Part shown: positions 1-11,242 of the stretch, piece by piece
Numbering within the stretch: the first letter of the stretch is position 1
Layout of the letters: each line of letters begins with the position of its first letter
Origin: Tubiluchus corallicola
Lineage: Eukaryota; Animalia; Priapulida
Reading direction: 5' to 3'
Length of the DNA: 19,641 nucleotides
NCBI GenBank assembly: GCA_030141605.1
Contig: JAQGDQ010000935.1
Location: 59,631 to 79,271, forward strand
Notes under the pieces: generated by a model
The model's database searches: none
What the model was told of the DNA's origin: nothing
The model's input: the letters and a program-made list of their open reading frames with translations, nothing else
Made by a program: the position numbers and the translations under genes

Positions 1-15
1 GTTTTTTTCTGACAG

Positions 16-372
16 AATTGAAAATGAAAGAAGTCTTTTTATTAGCAATTCAGATTTAGAAAGCTTTTCGAGAAAGATTAACCAAACATTTGAGAATAAG
101 AGAAAATGACTTTGTGGCTCATTGACTGACTTAATTCGAGCAGGTTGTGTGTTTGCAAGACAGGACGTCTAAGTACACGGTGAGTATAAGATTTTATTGC
201 TTTAATGTAACACTAGAGTGTGAATTATAATATTCCCTGTATTAGATTGCTGAAAATGGCAATTTTCTTCGGAAATTTTAGGAGATGATTATATTAACCA
301 AACTCTTTACAGCGTAAGACTGTACTCTGCTTGAATAATGATAATGTCTCTTATTCTCTACAGTATAAATGA
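16..372 (+). pseudogene. 3' exons of a degraded spliced gene of unknown function (exons ~16-179, 246-313, 364-372)
   Basis: Canonical acceptors (ctgacag, attag, ctacag) and donors (GTGAGT 180, GTAAGA 314) join in compatible phases: IENERSLFISNSDLESFSRK...WQFSSEILGDDYINQTLYSYK*. In-frame stops at 107, 170 and 251. Confidence 0.4.
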
Positions 373-438
373 ATAGGACGAATGCTACTTGGATAATATT
401 CTTTAAACGACTCTATTCTTTTTTCTTAGATTAACAAA

Positions 439-963
439 ATGTCCTCATCAAGGCCACCAACGACAACGACGGCGTCTAGGATGACAACAACTTCAACAAC
501 AACAACATCGTCATCGTCATCAGCGTCGACGCCAGTAACCTTCGCGCAACCTTCAAGAAGGGGAGTCATTTGGATGCTATCGTTTTAAAAAATCGTCGAC
601 TATGGCAGGTATATATATATATATATATAATGAAGAAAACTTTACACAGTGTTTTTTTCTCATTGTTGACGATGCTAATGTCACACTCTTATGGGCATTG
701 CATAAAATAAATTTCCTTTTTACAGAAAGCACTCTTCGGTGACGACTCCATCATCACCATCATCGTCATCGGTGTCATTGCCAACAACGACAACGACGAC
801 AACAACAACAACAACAACAACACCACCAACACCACCAGTGGCAACTATGCCGACAATAACGCCACCGCCAGCGTCGGCAGCACCACCACCGTCACCGGCG
901 ACAGCGACATCATCATCTGATGAAGAATCTATGAACCACTTGCCCCAATTGCGTCCACCAGGG
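439..963 (+). pseudogene. Putative Ser/Thr/Pro low-complexity 5' exons of the pPolB gene (439-608, 726-963)
   Basis: ATG at 439. GT-AG introns 609-725 and 964-1130 have polypyrimidine tracts. The second acceptor (ttcttttcag) falls at the start of the pPolB-like region. Frameshifts are needed within the ACA/ACG/TCA triplet tracts. Confidence 0.45.
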
Positions 964-2423
964 GTGAGATCTTTCGTGCATCACGAAAGGTTAATAATCT
1001 CTTATATTAATGTTATTAAAGGAATTTACACTGTGCGCATTCGCTTCATGTTATTTTTATCGATGTTATTAAAGGAATTTGTGCGTATGCATATTATTTA
1101 CATCTAAAACATGCTCTTTTTTCTTTTCAGTGGATATGAATTCCACCTGGTGGATGATGCTCATAATGCAACGTTACAAGTATGGAGGTGTAGAACATCG
1201 GGTATAGATATAGAATGGATTTTGGATGATATTTCTGTTGCCATTGAAATGTTAGGTCAAACGCATTTAGAAAGCGGTTTTGCCACGCGCATACAACTAA
1301 CCGTAAATGCCACAATTGATCATCCCCTCCCCGTTGAAGAAGTAGAAAGAAAAAGAGATTCGTATTTCAATAGTGGATTTCATGATTTTTGGGACGAATG
1401 GTATAGCATGGCTAGAGCCATTTTAGTCGAAAATATCGAATCTTATTCGAAAAATGGCTCTGGTTATGTGATAAGTGATTTCCCATTTATTGAATTTCAA
1501 CTGGCGAAGTATGAACATCTCTCTACTGTTAAGGGTCATGGTGGATTTTGTAAATTACCAGCCGAATTATTAACCAAAAAAGCGCTGCTCATTATCTCCT
1601 CCGATCATGATGCTCTCTGTTTCAAATATGCCATTTTAAGGTCTTTATATGCTCATTTGTTATCGAAGCACAAAAACGCCTTAGCGACAATTATGATCAG
1701 TTTGCCCACCTTTTAAATTGGCAGCATATCGAATTTCCCACCAAAGCTTTTCAGAAATTTAATCCGGAGTATTGTTTAAACATTTTTATGTATTCTAACA
1801 GAGATGCTAAAAAACAAGCGTTTAAAATGCATTTATAATCCTCCGTGCAGAATAGTAGAAGGCAGAAAATTTATTAATCTTTTACTGTATAATCCACTCA
1901 AGTCCAGTCAAGCCGATTATACTCAATGTCATTATCTAACCATCACCAATTTCAATCGCCTGCTAAATAAACAGTGTGAGTCGCATAATTATTGCGAAAG
2001 ATGTATGCCCCCATTTTATAGAAATCGTATTACTCTTGAACAGCATAGGCGCATATGCTACACCATCGACGGGCACGTGCAAGAAAAATTACCGCCTCCA
2101 CACACCAAAGTAGGCTTTGAGAATATTCGCAAAGCCATGTCACCTAGTTACATCGCATATTGCGATTTCGAGGTCATACTCTTACCTAATGATGACCCAC
2201 TTTTGAAAACTAAGCATGAACCTTTTGCGGCGGGAATATATTTAGTGCTCGAAGAAACAATGTTGGTGAATCCCCTCCCCTGCGATTATAAGCAATTCAT
2301 TGGCGAAGATTGTACGCATCAATTAATGCTCTATCTATATGAATTGGCCCATTGAATTTGACATACGCTAAACAGCCACTATGTAGGAGTGCTCGCGATG
2401 AAGAAATTTTTCAAAATGCTACT

Positions 2424-2526
2424 CATTGCGTCTACTGTAAAACGGTATTCACCGAAGCAGAAAAAATACGCGAACACTGTCACTTAACAGGTGTTTACCA
2501 TGGGGCGGCGTGTGTGTCGTGTAATG
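2424..2526 (+). other. HNH / endonuclease-VII-like Zn-binding domain inserted between ExoI and ExoII of pPolB
   Basis: HCVYC...IREHCHLTGVYHGAACVSCN matches the CxxC...DHCHxTGxxRGxxxxxCN pattern known from one Polinton pPolB group. Confidence 0.8.
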
Positions 2527-3323
2527 CTAAAATGAGAAGTTATACATAATTTTAGAAATTACGACTCCCATTTCATACTGCAACATGACATCATTAAAGA
2601 TTCTCGTATTAGCGTAATAGCACAGACCTCGGAAAAAAATACCTCACTCTTAGGTGGTCCTTTAAAGCAGAACAAAAACCCACGCATCAAAAAAGACCCG
2701 ATTTGATACAAGTAATGTTCATCGATTCTTTCTAACATCTCCAGTCCAGTCTATCCAATCTCGCGTCAAACTTAAACGAGCACAAAAACACAAATCTCAT
2801 GATGCTTGATTATCCTTTGCTTTCGAAATCCACAATTGATGACAAAGGAATTATGTGTTATGAATATGTTAATAATTCATCCGTGTTGGAAGAGAAACGT
2901 CTCCCCGCCATAGAGCATTTTTATAGCTCTTTGACGGGTGAAAGTGTATCGCAAACAGATTATGAATTACCGCAAACTGCATGGCGTGAATTTGGTTGTC
3001 GCAATCTGCGCGACTATTATCTTAGATATTTAGAATTAGATTGCAGATTATTGGCAGACGTGTTTTGCGATTATCGAAGAATGTGCTTGCATCATTTCGG
3101 ATTAGGTGCGATTCATTATTGCACCTTACCCTCGCTGACATGGGATGCTGCTTTTAAAACGTGCGATATTCGGGTAGACGCTATTTCTGATATAACCATG
3201 TTTGAAAAATTCGAAAGCAACATACGTGGTGGAAGCGTTTTCGTTAATGTTCACAAACTCGAAGCTAACTGCCCCAAATTGCCTGAAACCTATGATCCAT
3301 CTAAAGCGCTAACGTATCTTTTA

Positions 3324-3809
3324 CCAACTCAACTTTAGTCATCTCTTTAGACATCTCTTTAGAGGTCACAACTTCTAAGATAGAGATGAAGAAAAAGGTT
3401 AGCAAAAAAACCAGGTTGCTCTTCAGGAAGGCCCACTGAATGTGTGGAATGTGAGGTAAACCAGCAGTGGCCACATTTTCTCGATGTGTGGAATGATGTC
3501 ACATCGAGAAATGTGGCCACTGCTGGTTTACCTGATCAAACAGATGTCGCCGTAAATGCAACTGCTGCTCCCCACTTCACTTTTTTTAGGGGGGTGATTT
3601 TTGTTCCCACTCCCGACAGTCGAGGGGGGGGGGCGTGACCCGTCAACCAACCATCACTCCTAATCCTTAAATTGGTCACTTAACTAGCACGACAATAGAG
3701 CCACTTCACTTTTTAGGGGTGTTTCCGGATTTTCGCACTTTTTAGGGGTGTTTTTTTTCCCCACCCCCCCCCCCGGGCAGCCAAAGGGGGCGTGGGGAAA
3801 TCGGCCAGA
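3324..3809. other. Composite templated insertion replacing the pPolB motif A region
   Basis: Filler 3324-3348. 3349-3566 is the reverse complement of 9196-9413. 3571-3809 is a diverged direct copy of terminal repeat B (16204-16433). Confidence 0.92.
3454..3533. repeat. Near-perfect 80-bp palindrome (~34-bp arms)
   Basis: AGGTAAACCAGCAGTGGCCACATTTTCTCGATGTG ... CACATCGAGAAATGTGGCCACTGCTGGTTTACCT, with one 1-nt bulge. Confidence 0.9.
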
Positions 3810-5123
3810 ATTTCCAAAATTCATTCTGTTGTCTCATTTCGTCAGACATCAATTTTTCGTAGTTTTATTGCGGCTAACAGCTTAAAGAGACAAGAAGCTA
3901 AAAATGCTTTCGAAAAAGATCTTTTTAAGCTGTTCAATAACAGTTTATTTGGTAAAAGTATGGAAAACGTTCGCAAACGTTGCTCTTTAAAATTGGCCAC
4001 TAGTCAAAAAGCGTGCGAACAATTTTTGAGGCGACCGGACCACCAAGATTTTAACATTTTTAATAATACTGTGAGTGCTCACAGACTGCGCAAAACCAAT
4101 GTTCTCTTAGATAGGCCAATATATATAGGTCAGACCGTTCTTGACCTTTCTAAATTGATAATGTATCGCCTTCGCTACGAAACATTCAGTGATGACGAAA
4201 TGAAAATTTTATCTCCTGAAGCTGATGTGAAAATTGTCGGTTCGGACACGGATTCATTTTTTCTCCAAGTAAAAAATCTGAGTGTGCCCGAGATTTTAAT
4301 CCCCCATTTTCTACAGAAAGGAAACGTGATCGATACCTCGAATTATCCTAAAGATCACGTTTTTTATCGGGAGGAAAATCGGGCACGCTTAGGTTGTTTC
4401 AAAGATGAGTCACAAGGCTCGCTTCACCAACAATGGATTTTACTTAAGCCCAAATTATACAGCATGAAGAGCGTTGATTTTCGACAAAGCAAAAAGCGCG
4501 CCAAAGGTGTCGATAGGCGCACAATTTCAAAACAAATAACTCACGAAGATTTTGAGCGTGCCTTTACAGAGCAGGTGGAAATGACGCACGAGACAATTCG
4601 CTTCACATCGCAACGACATCACATATACACTAAACATTCTTCCAAAAGATCGCTATCTTTTTTTGATGATAAAAGATGCTGGCTGTCAAAAAATTTCAGC
4701 GTTCCATACGGGCATTATTTAGTAGACCAGACGAAACCTTTTGTTTCTAGTGTCGCTCCTCCCGTCGAAAATCGACCTTTTCACGGACCTCCTAACGTAA
4801 CTGTTGTCAATATCTGTGATGATGATGTTGATGTTGATGATGATGATGACGATGATGATAGTGATATTCTATGACAACAAATATGTTAGAGGGAGGGGCA
4901 CGGTCCGAACCGACTAAATATTGTATTTATGTAACAGTCTGTAGTCTGTTTGAAATTGTGAATTGAACACAATATATGAACATGTTTAATTGATAAATGC
5001 TATACCCCCATTATATGTGTAACAGTTTGTCTGTTGCAATCCCACCTCCTCCATTCTATACCTAATACATCATTGTATGAAGCCACTATATGATGTTTTA
5101 AAGTATTGTTGTTAGTAAATGAT

Positions 5124-5369
5124 GTTAAATATAGTATGCAATCATTCCCATGTTGGTGATGCTGTTAAATATAGTATGCAATCATTCCCATGTTGCTGAT
5201 GCTGTTAAATATACTGTTAAGTGACAGTGTTCACGTATTTTTTCTGCTTCGGTGAATACCGTTTTACAGTAGACGCATCATTCCCATGTTGGTGATGCTG
5301 TTAAATATAGTATGCAATCATTCCCATGTTGGTGATGCTGTTAAATATAGTATGCAACCATTCCCATGT
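5124..5369 (+). repeat. 40-bp minisatellite, ~4-5 copies with one interruption
   Basis: GTTAAATATAGTATGCAATCATTCCCATGTTGGTGATGCT starts at 5124, 5164, 5204 (partial), 5300 and 5340. Unrelated sequence at ~5215-5276. Confidence 0.9.
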
Positions 5370-5559
5370 CATAAAAAGACTGTATTGTTGTTAAGAGTGT
5401 ATTGTTGTTACTTATGATGTTTTAAAGTATTTTTTAATAAGTTGTTTTAAAAAGTGTTGTTGTTGCTAATAAAGTGTTTTAAAAATAATTTTTATTCTTT
5501 CACATGGCTTTATATATTTAATTTTTATTTTTCGCAAATGCACCAAGCTTAAAAAGAAA

Positions 5560-5823
5560 TTAACATTAAAAATGAGTGTAATCTAAAATTTTTATTTTTC
5601 CACTAATGTATTATAATACGCTTACAAAATACATTCAATGATCAGCTATCGCCGTCATGCATTACAGAACAACATAGGAGCGTTATATTTCCCTGGTAAG
5701 TATTTAACATTAAAAAAAAAAAAATGTAATCTAAAATTTTTATTTTTCCACTAATGTATTATAATACGCATACAAAAACACATTCAATGAACAGGTAGTG
5801 CCATCTTGCATTACAGAACAACA
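5560..5823 (+). repeat. Imperfect tandem duplication, ~145-bp period
   Basis: TTAACATTAAAAA...TGTAATCTAAAATTTTTATTTTTCCACTAATGTATTATAATACGC...CATTCAATGA...GCATTACAGAACAACA at ~5560 and ~5704. Confidence 0.85.
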
Positions 5824-5870
5824 CTTTCAATGAATAGATAGCACAGTCATGCATTAATTTCACTGGAAAT

Positions 5871-6103
5871 AGGTGTCGTTAATTTTCCAATGAAAGCTTT
5901 AGCCATATAAATTGTTCAAACGTTGGTGTGCTGTGCGCTAGCGTCATCTACCAGTGAATGCATGGTTAGTTCGCATAATGGCACTACAAACAAATTCTTC
6001 AGACTGTAATAAACATTGCACGCCCAGGTGTCATTAATTTCCAATGAAAGCTTTAGCCATATAAATTGTTCAAACGTTGATAAGCTGTACGCTAGCGTCA
6101 TCT
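5871..6103 (+). repeat. ~78-bp direct repeat pair (5871-5949, 6026-6103)
   Basis: AGGTGTCRTTAATTT(T)CCAATGAAAGCTTTAGCCATATAAATTGTTCAAACGTTG...CGCTAGCGTCATCT occurs twice. Confidence 0.88.
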
Positions 6104-7185
6104 GGCAATGCTCACTGACAATAAGGAAGTGAATGTTTGGCTAGCCCTCATAATGACGCCACCTGTTCACACACACATTCCAGTGAAATATAATGCTCCT
6201 TTGTTGTTTTGTATTTCAAACTAAAAAACTAGTGTGACTTCGAGTCTAGCTCAAACAAACAGTGTTCCTCTGCAGTTTTTAACCTGTGCTGAATTAAGAG
6301 CAACAACAATAAAATAATAAAATGTATTTTCAAGCTTTTCGAATTTATGGCTGCATAAACACAGATCGCTTTGTTGTCACAAACACCATGTTAATAAAAT
6401 GCGTCACTGTAGAAAAATAAAAGACGTAATTACTAGATTAGTAAATGCTGTGTAGAATAAACACGAAAGACCTTTCATTGTCTTCTGACTTAGTTCAGAA
6501 GTAAGTCTCTATTAAGTGCCTCTCCCATGGTCGCCTGTTATAGCTTAATGTGGTACACACACACCATTTGTTAACTATAGTACACTTTATACTCAGAATA
6601 TAAGACAATAATAAATGAGGCATAAACAGGCTAAAGGTACTGTAAATTAAATTTTCACATTTTGTCAAGTTGCCCCAATATGGTCCTCGAACCCACTGCT
6701 GCGTCACTGACAGTTTTCTACAACCAAACGAGTCTTTATTCTTTTCATAAAAATTTCTTCAATGGTACAATACGTTACCGAAACGTCGCAAAATAAGTTA
6801 AAATTACTTTTTGTTTTATTAGGTGGTAACACGTATAGTTATGTACACAATGGGCTTAGCCTTTTGGGCCCTATTAATATTCCCGAAAAGCCACAATACA
6901 TGCATTATAGCCTTTTTCAGTCTTTTACACTTTTACTTTTTGAATATTGTTATCATAGTTGCGTGACAGCATGTGCATATTTATTTTATGTAGAACATTT
7001 TCACTTGACGATTTTGTATTTTGGTCTATACGTCGGCATACTGACGTCCAAATAAGTGTTTTTGATCTCAATGAAAAAGAATACGAGGTTTCCCCAGTAC
7101 ACGTATCTACATCATCACCTCTTAGTTACTTTCTTTGAATAGGTGAGAAGTGACTTCTTTATTCTTGATTTTTATCATGACAGGT

Positions 7186-7340
7186 ACAATGAGACTCGAA
7201 TATAATTTCGTAAATTTCCTGTTTATTTGCATTTTCTTATTTAAACAACTTAGTTGTTGGTGCCACAATGAGACTCGAATATAATTTCATAAATTTCCTG
7301 TTTATTTACATTTTCTTATTTAAACAACTTAGTTGTTGGT
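7186..7340 (+). repeat. 79-bp tandem duplication
   Basis: ACAATGAGACTCGAATATAATTTC...AAACAACTTAGTTGTTGGT at 7186 and 7265. Confidence 0.92.
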
Positions 7341-8958
7341 AATTACAGGAAGCTGAGTAAGATGCACTACATTGTAGTCATCAATGACTTCATTTCCTCG
7401 CTGGAAAAGGTCGTTTCTCTATGCTTCTACAAGGTTTATTATTATTATGTCTATACTGATATGCCTATACTGGTGTGTTGTTAAAAGGGAATAATTTATT
7501 TTTATTGTAGTAATAATAATTATAGCTCTTAAAACACCGGTCTCGGGAGCGTTAGCGAAAGCATTGTTTTGTAGTGCCACCTATAGGAGAAAAATAAATT
7601 AGCTGAGTGTAAATAATTTTATGTAGTTGATTATACATTAAAGATCAACACAATTTTACCACAAGATGTTATTTATTTTTTCATTATTTACATCAAATTT
7701 TGTACACAAATTTTGTACACAAAAATCTCTCATCAATTTATGGGAATTCTAGTAAACTAACCAACATGACTGATTATGTAAAAGGCATTTGTGACGTCGC
7801 TACACTGAGTACAAATAATTTCAAAGTTCACATGTCGTATAATTATAGTACATAAAACAATATAGTTTCTCTGCAAGCAAAATATCTTTGCGGCAACAAT
7901 ACATACACAAATGCACTTAATTATCACAAAATATATCTTAAAGCAGCATTTAAAATTCATCTATAAAATCCCAACAACGAGGTGGAAAAACTACTCCTTT
8001 TGCTCAATACGTTAACAGAGGTAGTGGTGGTTAACCTTACAAACTGTAGCTTGAGTGAGCTGTCACACAGTTCCATTCCATACATTCTAAGACTGAGACA
8101 ACTTATTCTCAGGAACAATATCCTATCAACTTTTGATCCAAAGTTTGTAAATCGATAAACCAAAGTATCACTAGCTAACATGCTTAAATGTTAAACATCA
8201 CAAATTGATACAGATAGCATAAGCAGAATGAATTTAAATTCTTTAACGTAATTAAAGTGTCATTAAAGCGAAAACTGTTACTTATGCAAAAGCGCTTGAA
8301 CAGAGAGTAATTCATTTACAGTCCAAAGTATTTTTTGAGATCAAAGATAAATGAGTGCAGTTTAAAGAATTGAAAACTTTTGGGGTGTCTGGTTGTTGGT
8401 GTATAAAAATTAATTTTTTTGCAAACAATTTATGTATAGCCTTGCTAAGGTGTAATGTCCTCAAGTCAAGTCAACTATCCCTTGAAAGTTTCTGTTTTTT
8501 TCCTACTATCGCAGTCTGTTATTCAAAAGTTGTTTACCAAAATGCTCGGTTTTAATGGGTGTCAGGTTATGCATGAGCACACATGGTTCAATGGTAAACG
8601 TATTAGATTTTAATGCTTTAAATTTCATGTATTATCTGTATATTGGAATATAGGTTTTAGGAGTGATCACGGAATTCCAAAAAAGTAAAAAACATGAGTG
8701 TATTAGTTTGTCATGCTTTAATTCAAACGAGGAAAAAAAGCAAAAAGACATGATTTGCAGATTTAAAACTTAAAAAGTGTCTGAAAATAAATGTGACGAA
8801 CATCATACTTAATTTTATACACTAAGTGTGGTCAGAAAATACTTAATTGTACAATATTAAGTCACCTCATAATTACTGATTTTTGACGCAAATAAAAAAA
8901 TTACTATCTTAATATTAATAGTGGATGTCACACCTTACAAATCACATAGAAAAGTGAA

Positions 8959-10090
8959 TTATGATTTTGGTGACTCGTGTTTAACAGCATTTGCTGAATC
9001 ACTTTCTGCTACATAACCTAAATTATCTACTCCAGCACTGCTTTCTTGGTGCACAGTAACCTCTGCATCCAAAGTATGGGCGTCATGCTGCATGTTATCT
9101 TCCAAGACAAGTGATGCAGTCATTGAGTGAGGTTGTACATCAATATCGATACTTTCATTTATAAGATTCCCAGGAGCAGCAATTGATACTGTGTTAGCAG
9201 TTGCATTTACGGCGTCATCTGTTTGATCAGGTAAACCAACACTGTCCGCATTTCTCGATATGACATCATTCCACACATCGAGAAAATGTGGACACTGGTG
9301 GTTTACCTCACATTCCACACATTCAGTGGGCCTTCTTGAAGAGCAACCTGGTTTTTTTGCTAACCTTTTTCTTCATCTCTATCTTAGAAGTTGTAACCTC
9401 TAAAGAGATGTCTGATTCTAGACTACTAGCAGCTTTGTTATCTACAAAAAACAAATAATTTATAAAAAACTTTTTAACACATAATAATGACAGCGATCAG
9501 ATGATGTAAACTGCTTAAAAATATTTAATGCAAAATCTTCATTTGAAGCACAAATTTTCTACATCGCATACTTTTGAATCAATAACGCCACTAAGTCTTA
9601 ACTAACTAGTTTGTTGGTGAAACTTAACTAAGGTCGTTATAAATTTTATTTTTCCATAAGCATGTCTTAGGCCTGTGCTTTACCAAAATAATCTGATGGT
9701 ATTGAAAATAAAAGCTGCATGTGGGTAACCAATATATATATATAGTACAATATATACAGTATTGTTAATAGGACTTTCTGGTGTAACAAAACAACATTTT
9801 TTATAGAAACACAAGTACACAAATTACAAACCTTTAGGAACCTCTTTGGTTTCTTTATTTTTGTCTAGTGTAACCAATGATGATGACATGGTCCGATCTT
9901 TGCTCCACTTTTTATCTAACAGAACAATAATAACTAATATTAGTTAAAATAATGTGCATAAAATTATCTTTCTAACTATACTTTACAACAAAGTAAGCTT
10001 AAAAGTCTAGCACGCTGGAAAAATATCAATAAATTGTCTTTGATGAGAAAATTGCTCAGCATCTCAGAGTCAAACTCGACTACACGAGCA
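8959..10090 (-). pseudogene. Spliced orphan gene, probably frameshifted (exons 10090-9987, 9915-9832, 9441-8959); 5' end not identified
   Basis: Acceptors ttgttttag, ctgttag and ttttgtag and donors gtaaag and gtttgt give a phase-consistent frame: ARVVEFDSEMLSNFLIKDNLLIFFQRARLLSLLC-YKKWSKDRTMSSSLVTLDKNKETKEVPK-DNKAASSLESDISLEVTTSKIEMKKKVSKK. An A7 run (~9352-9358) then shifts the frame relative to the 119-aa ORF 8959-9318. Confidence 0.55.
9229..9308. repeat. Imperfect 80-bp palindrome, homolog of 3454-3533
   Basis: AGGTAAACCAACACTGTCCGCATTTCTCGATATG ... CACATCGAGAAAATGTGGACACTGGTGGTTTACCT, with 4 mismatches and 1 bulge. Confidence 0.85.
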
Positions 10091-10547
10091 CTAAAACAAA
10101 CAATAATAATGCACGTTATAACTAAATAGTTAAATTGATATTACTTGTGAAAGCATTTCATTCCCACGTTAGAAGCAGTGTTTGTCAACTAAAGTCATAT
10201 TTGCATTATACCTAAAGTGTCAATTCTTAAAGTCTCTAGGTTCAGAAGCAGTGTTTGCAGTTGCTCTGTACTCAGATAAAAACTTTAATAATCAGATAAT
10301 GTAATAAGGCTAACTGTAATAACTTCTTGTATGTACCTTTTGCTTTCTTTGTAATAATACTAACAGATTACTACACCCGCTAATGTGGATAAGAGCAGCC
10401 CACAAAAATGCCTCACCATCATCATCCATGACGTCGTCGTTGTCGTCGTCATCATCGTCGTCGTCGTCCTCGTCGTCATCGTTGTCGACGTCGTTGCCGT
10501 CGTCGTCATCGTCGTCGTCGCGGGCACCATTTTGATGCTACTTGGTG

Positions 10548-11209
10548 TTATGCGGAGTGACTCACTAAAGCCGCCATTGTGCGGAACTGCATGTTGCATT
10601 GAGCACACAAAAACGGTCCGTTACCACGACAGCCGCCATTTTGCTGCTGCTGCTGTTGTGTGGTGTGGCACTCTAGCATCCCCAATGTGTGGAACATCGA
10701 GCTACATTGTCCACACAAAAGCGTCACAGCAGCATCAGCGACATTTTGTTGCTGATGCTGTTGTAAGGCGTGCTTCTCTAAAGCCTCCTTTGTGTGGAAG
10801 GCTATGTCGCATCGACCACACAAAAACGGCCCCTCGTCATCGCAGCCACCATTTTTGTACTGCTGCTGCTGTTGTGTGACATGGCACTCTAAACCCGCCA
10901 ATGTGTAGAACGCCATGCCACATTGGCAACACAAAAACGACACAACAGTATCATACAACACAACAGTATCATCGTCACCATCTTGAGCATCATTTTGTTG
11001 CTGCTGCTGGTGTGTGATGTGCCTCACTAAATCCGCCAATGTGCGGAATACCAAACCACATCGGTCACACGAAAACGGCCCGTCCTCGTCACAGCAGCCA
11101 TTTTGTTGCTGCCACTGTTGTCGTGTGGCGTGCCACTCTAACGCCGTCAATGTGTGGAACCCCATACCGCATTGCCCACACAAAAACGGTACAACAGCAG
11201 CGGCAGCAA

Positions 11210-11242
<33 letters not shown>

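Larger units (their letters stand above)
1131..4874 (+). pseudogene. polB: Polinton/Maverick-type protein-primed family B DNA polymerase, disrupted by frameshifts, stops and a replacement insertion
   Basis: Collinear motifs across ORFs 1111-1716, 1804-2355, 2352-2549, 2799-3338 and 3792-4874. N-terminal NGSGY...KLP..L..KKA...CFKYAIL. ExoI YCDFE. ExoII HNFRNYDSHF at 2545. IDSF*HLQSSL with TAA at 2733. ExoIII YLELDCRLLADVF. IRGG. Motif B KLFNNSLFGK. Motif C SDTDS. C-terminal KPKLYS, AKGV, DDKR, PYGHY. Motif A is absent. Confidence 0.93.

Noticed and set aside
3444-3638. 64-aa ORF resembling the 8959-9318 ORF
   Set aside because: It is a by-product of the inverted templated insertion running into the repeat-B fragment.
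3792-3809. 'MGKSAR' start of the 360-aa polB ORF
   Set aside because: It derives from the inserted repeat (GTG start) and is not a real initiation site.
5124-5369. CRISPR-like repeat/spacer appearance
   Set aside because: Units are directly adjacent with only one interruption, the context is eukaryotic, and there are no cas genes.
6755-6790. GGTA-loop-TACC-GAAACGTCG resembling a Penelope-type hammerhead ribozyme half
   Set aside because: The required upstream CTGANGA core is missing and no reverse transcriptase is nearby.
5916-8555. Short 60-97-aa ORFs in the AT-rich spacer
   Set aside because: They have no motifs and composition typical of random AT-rich frames, and I could not build a consistent exon chain.
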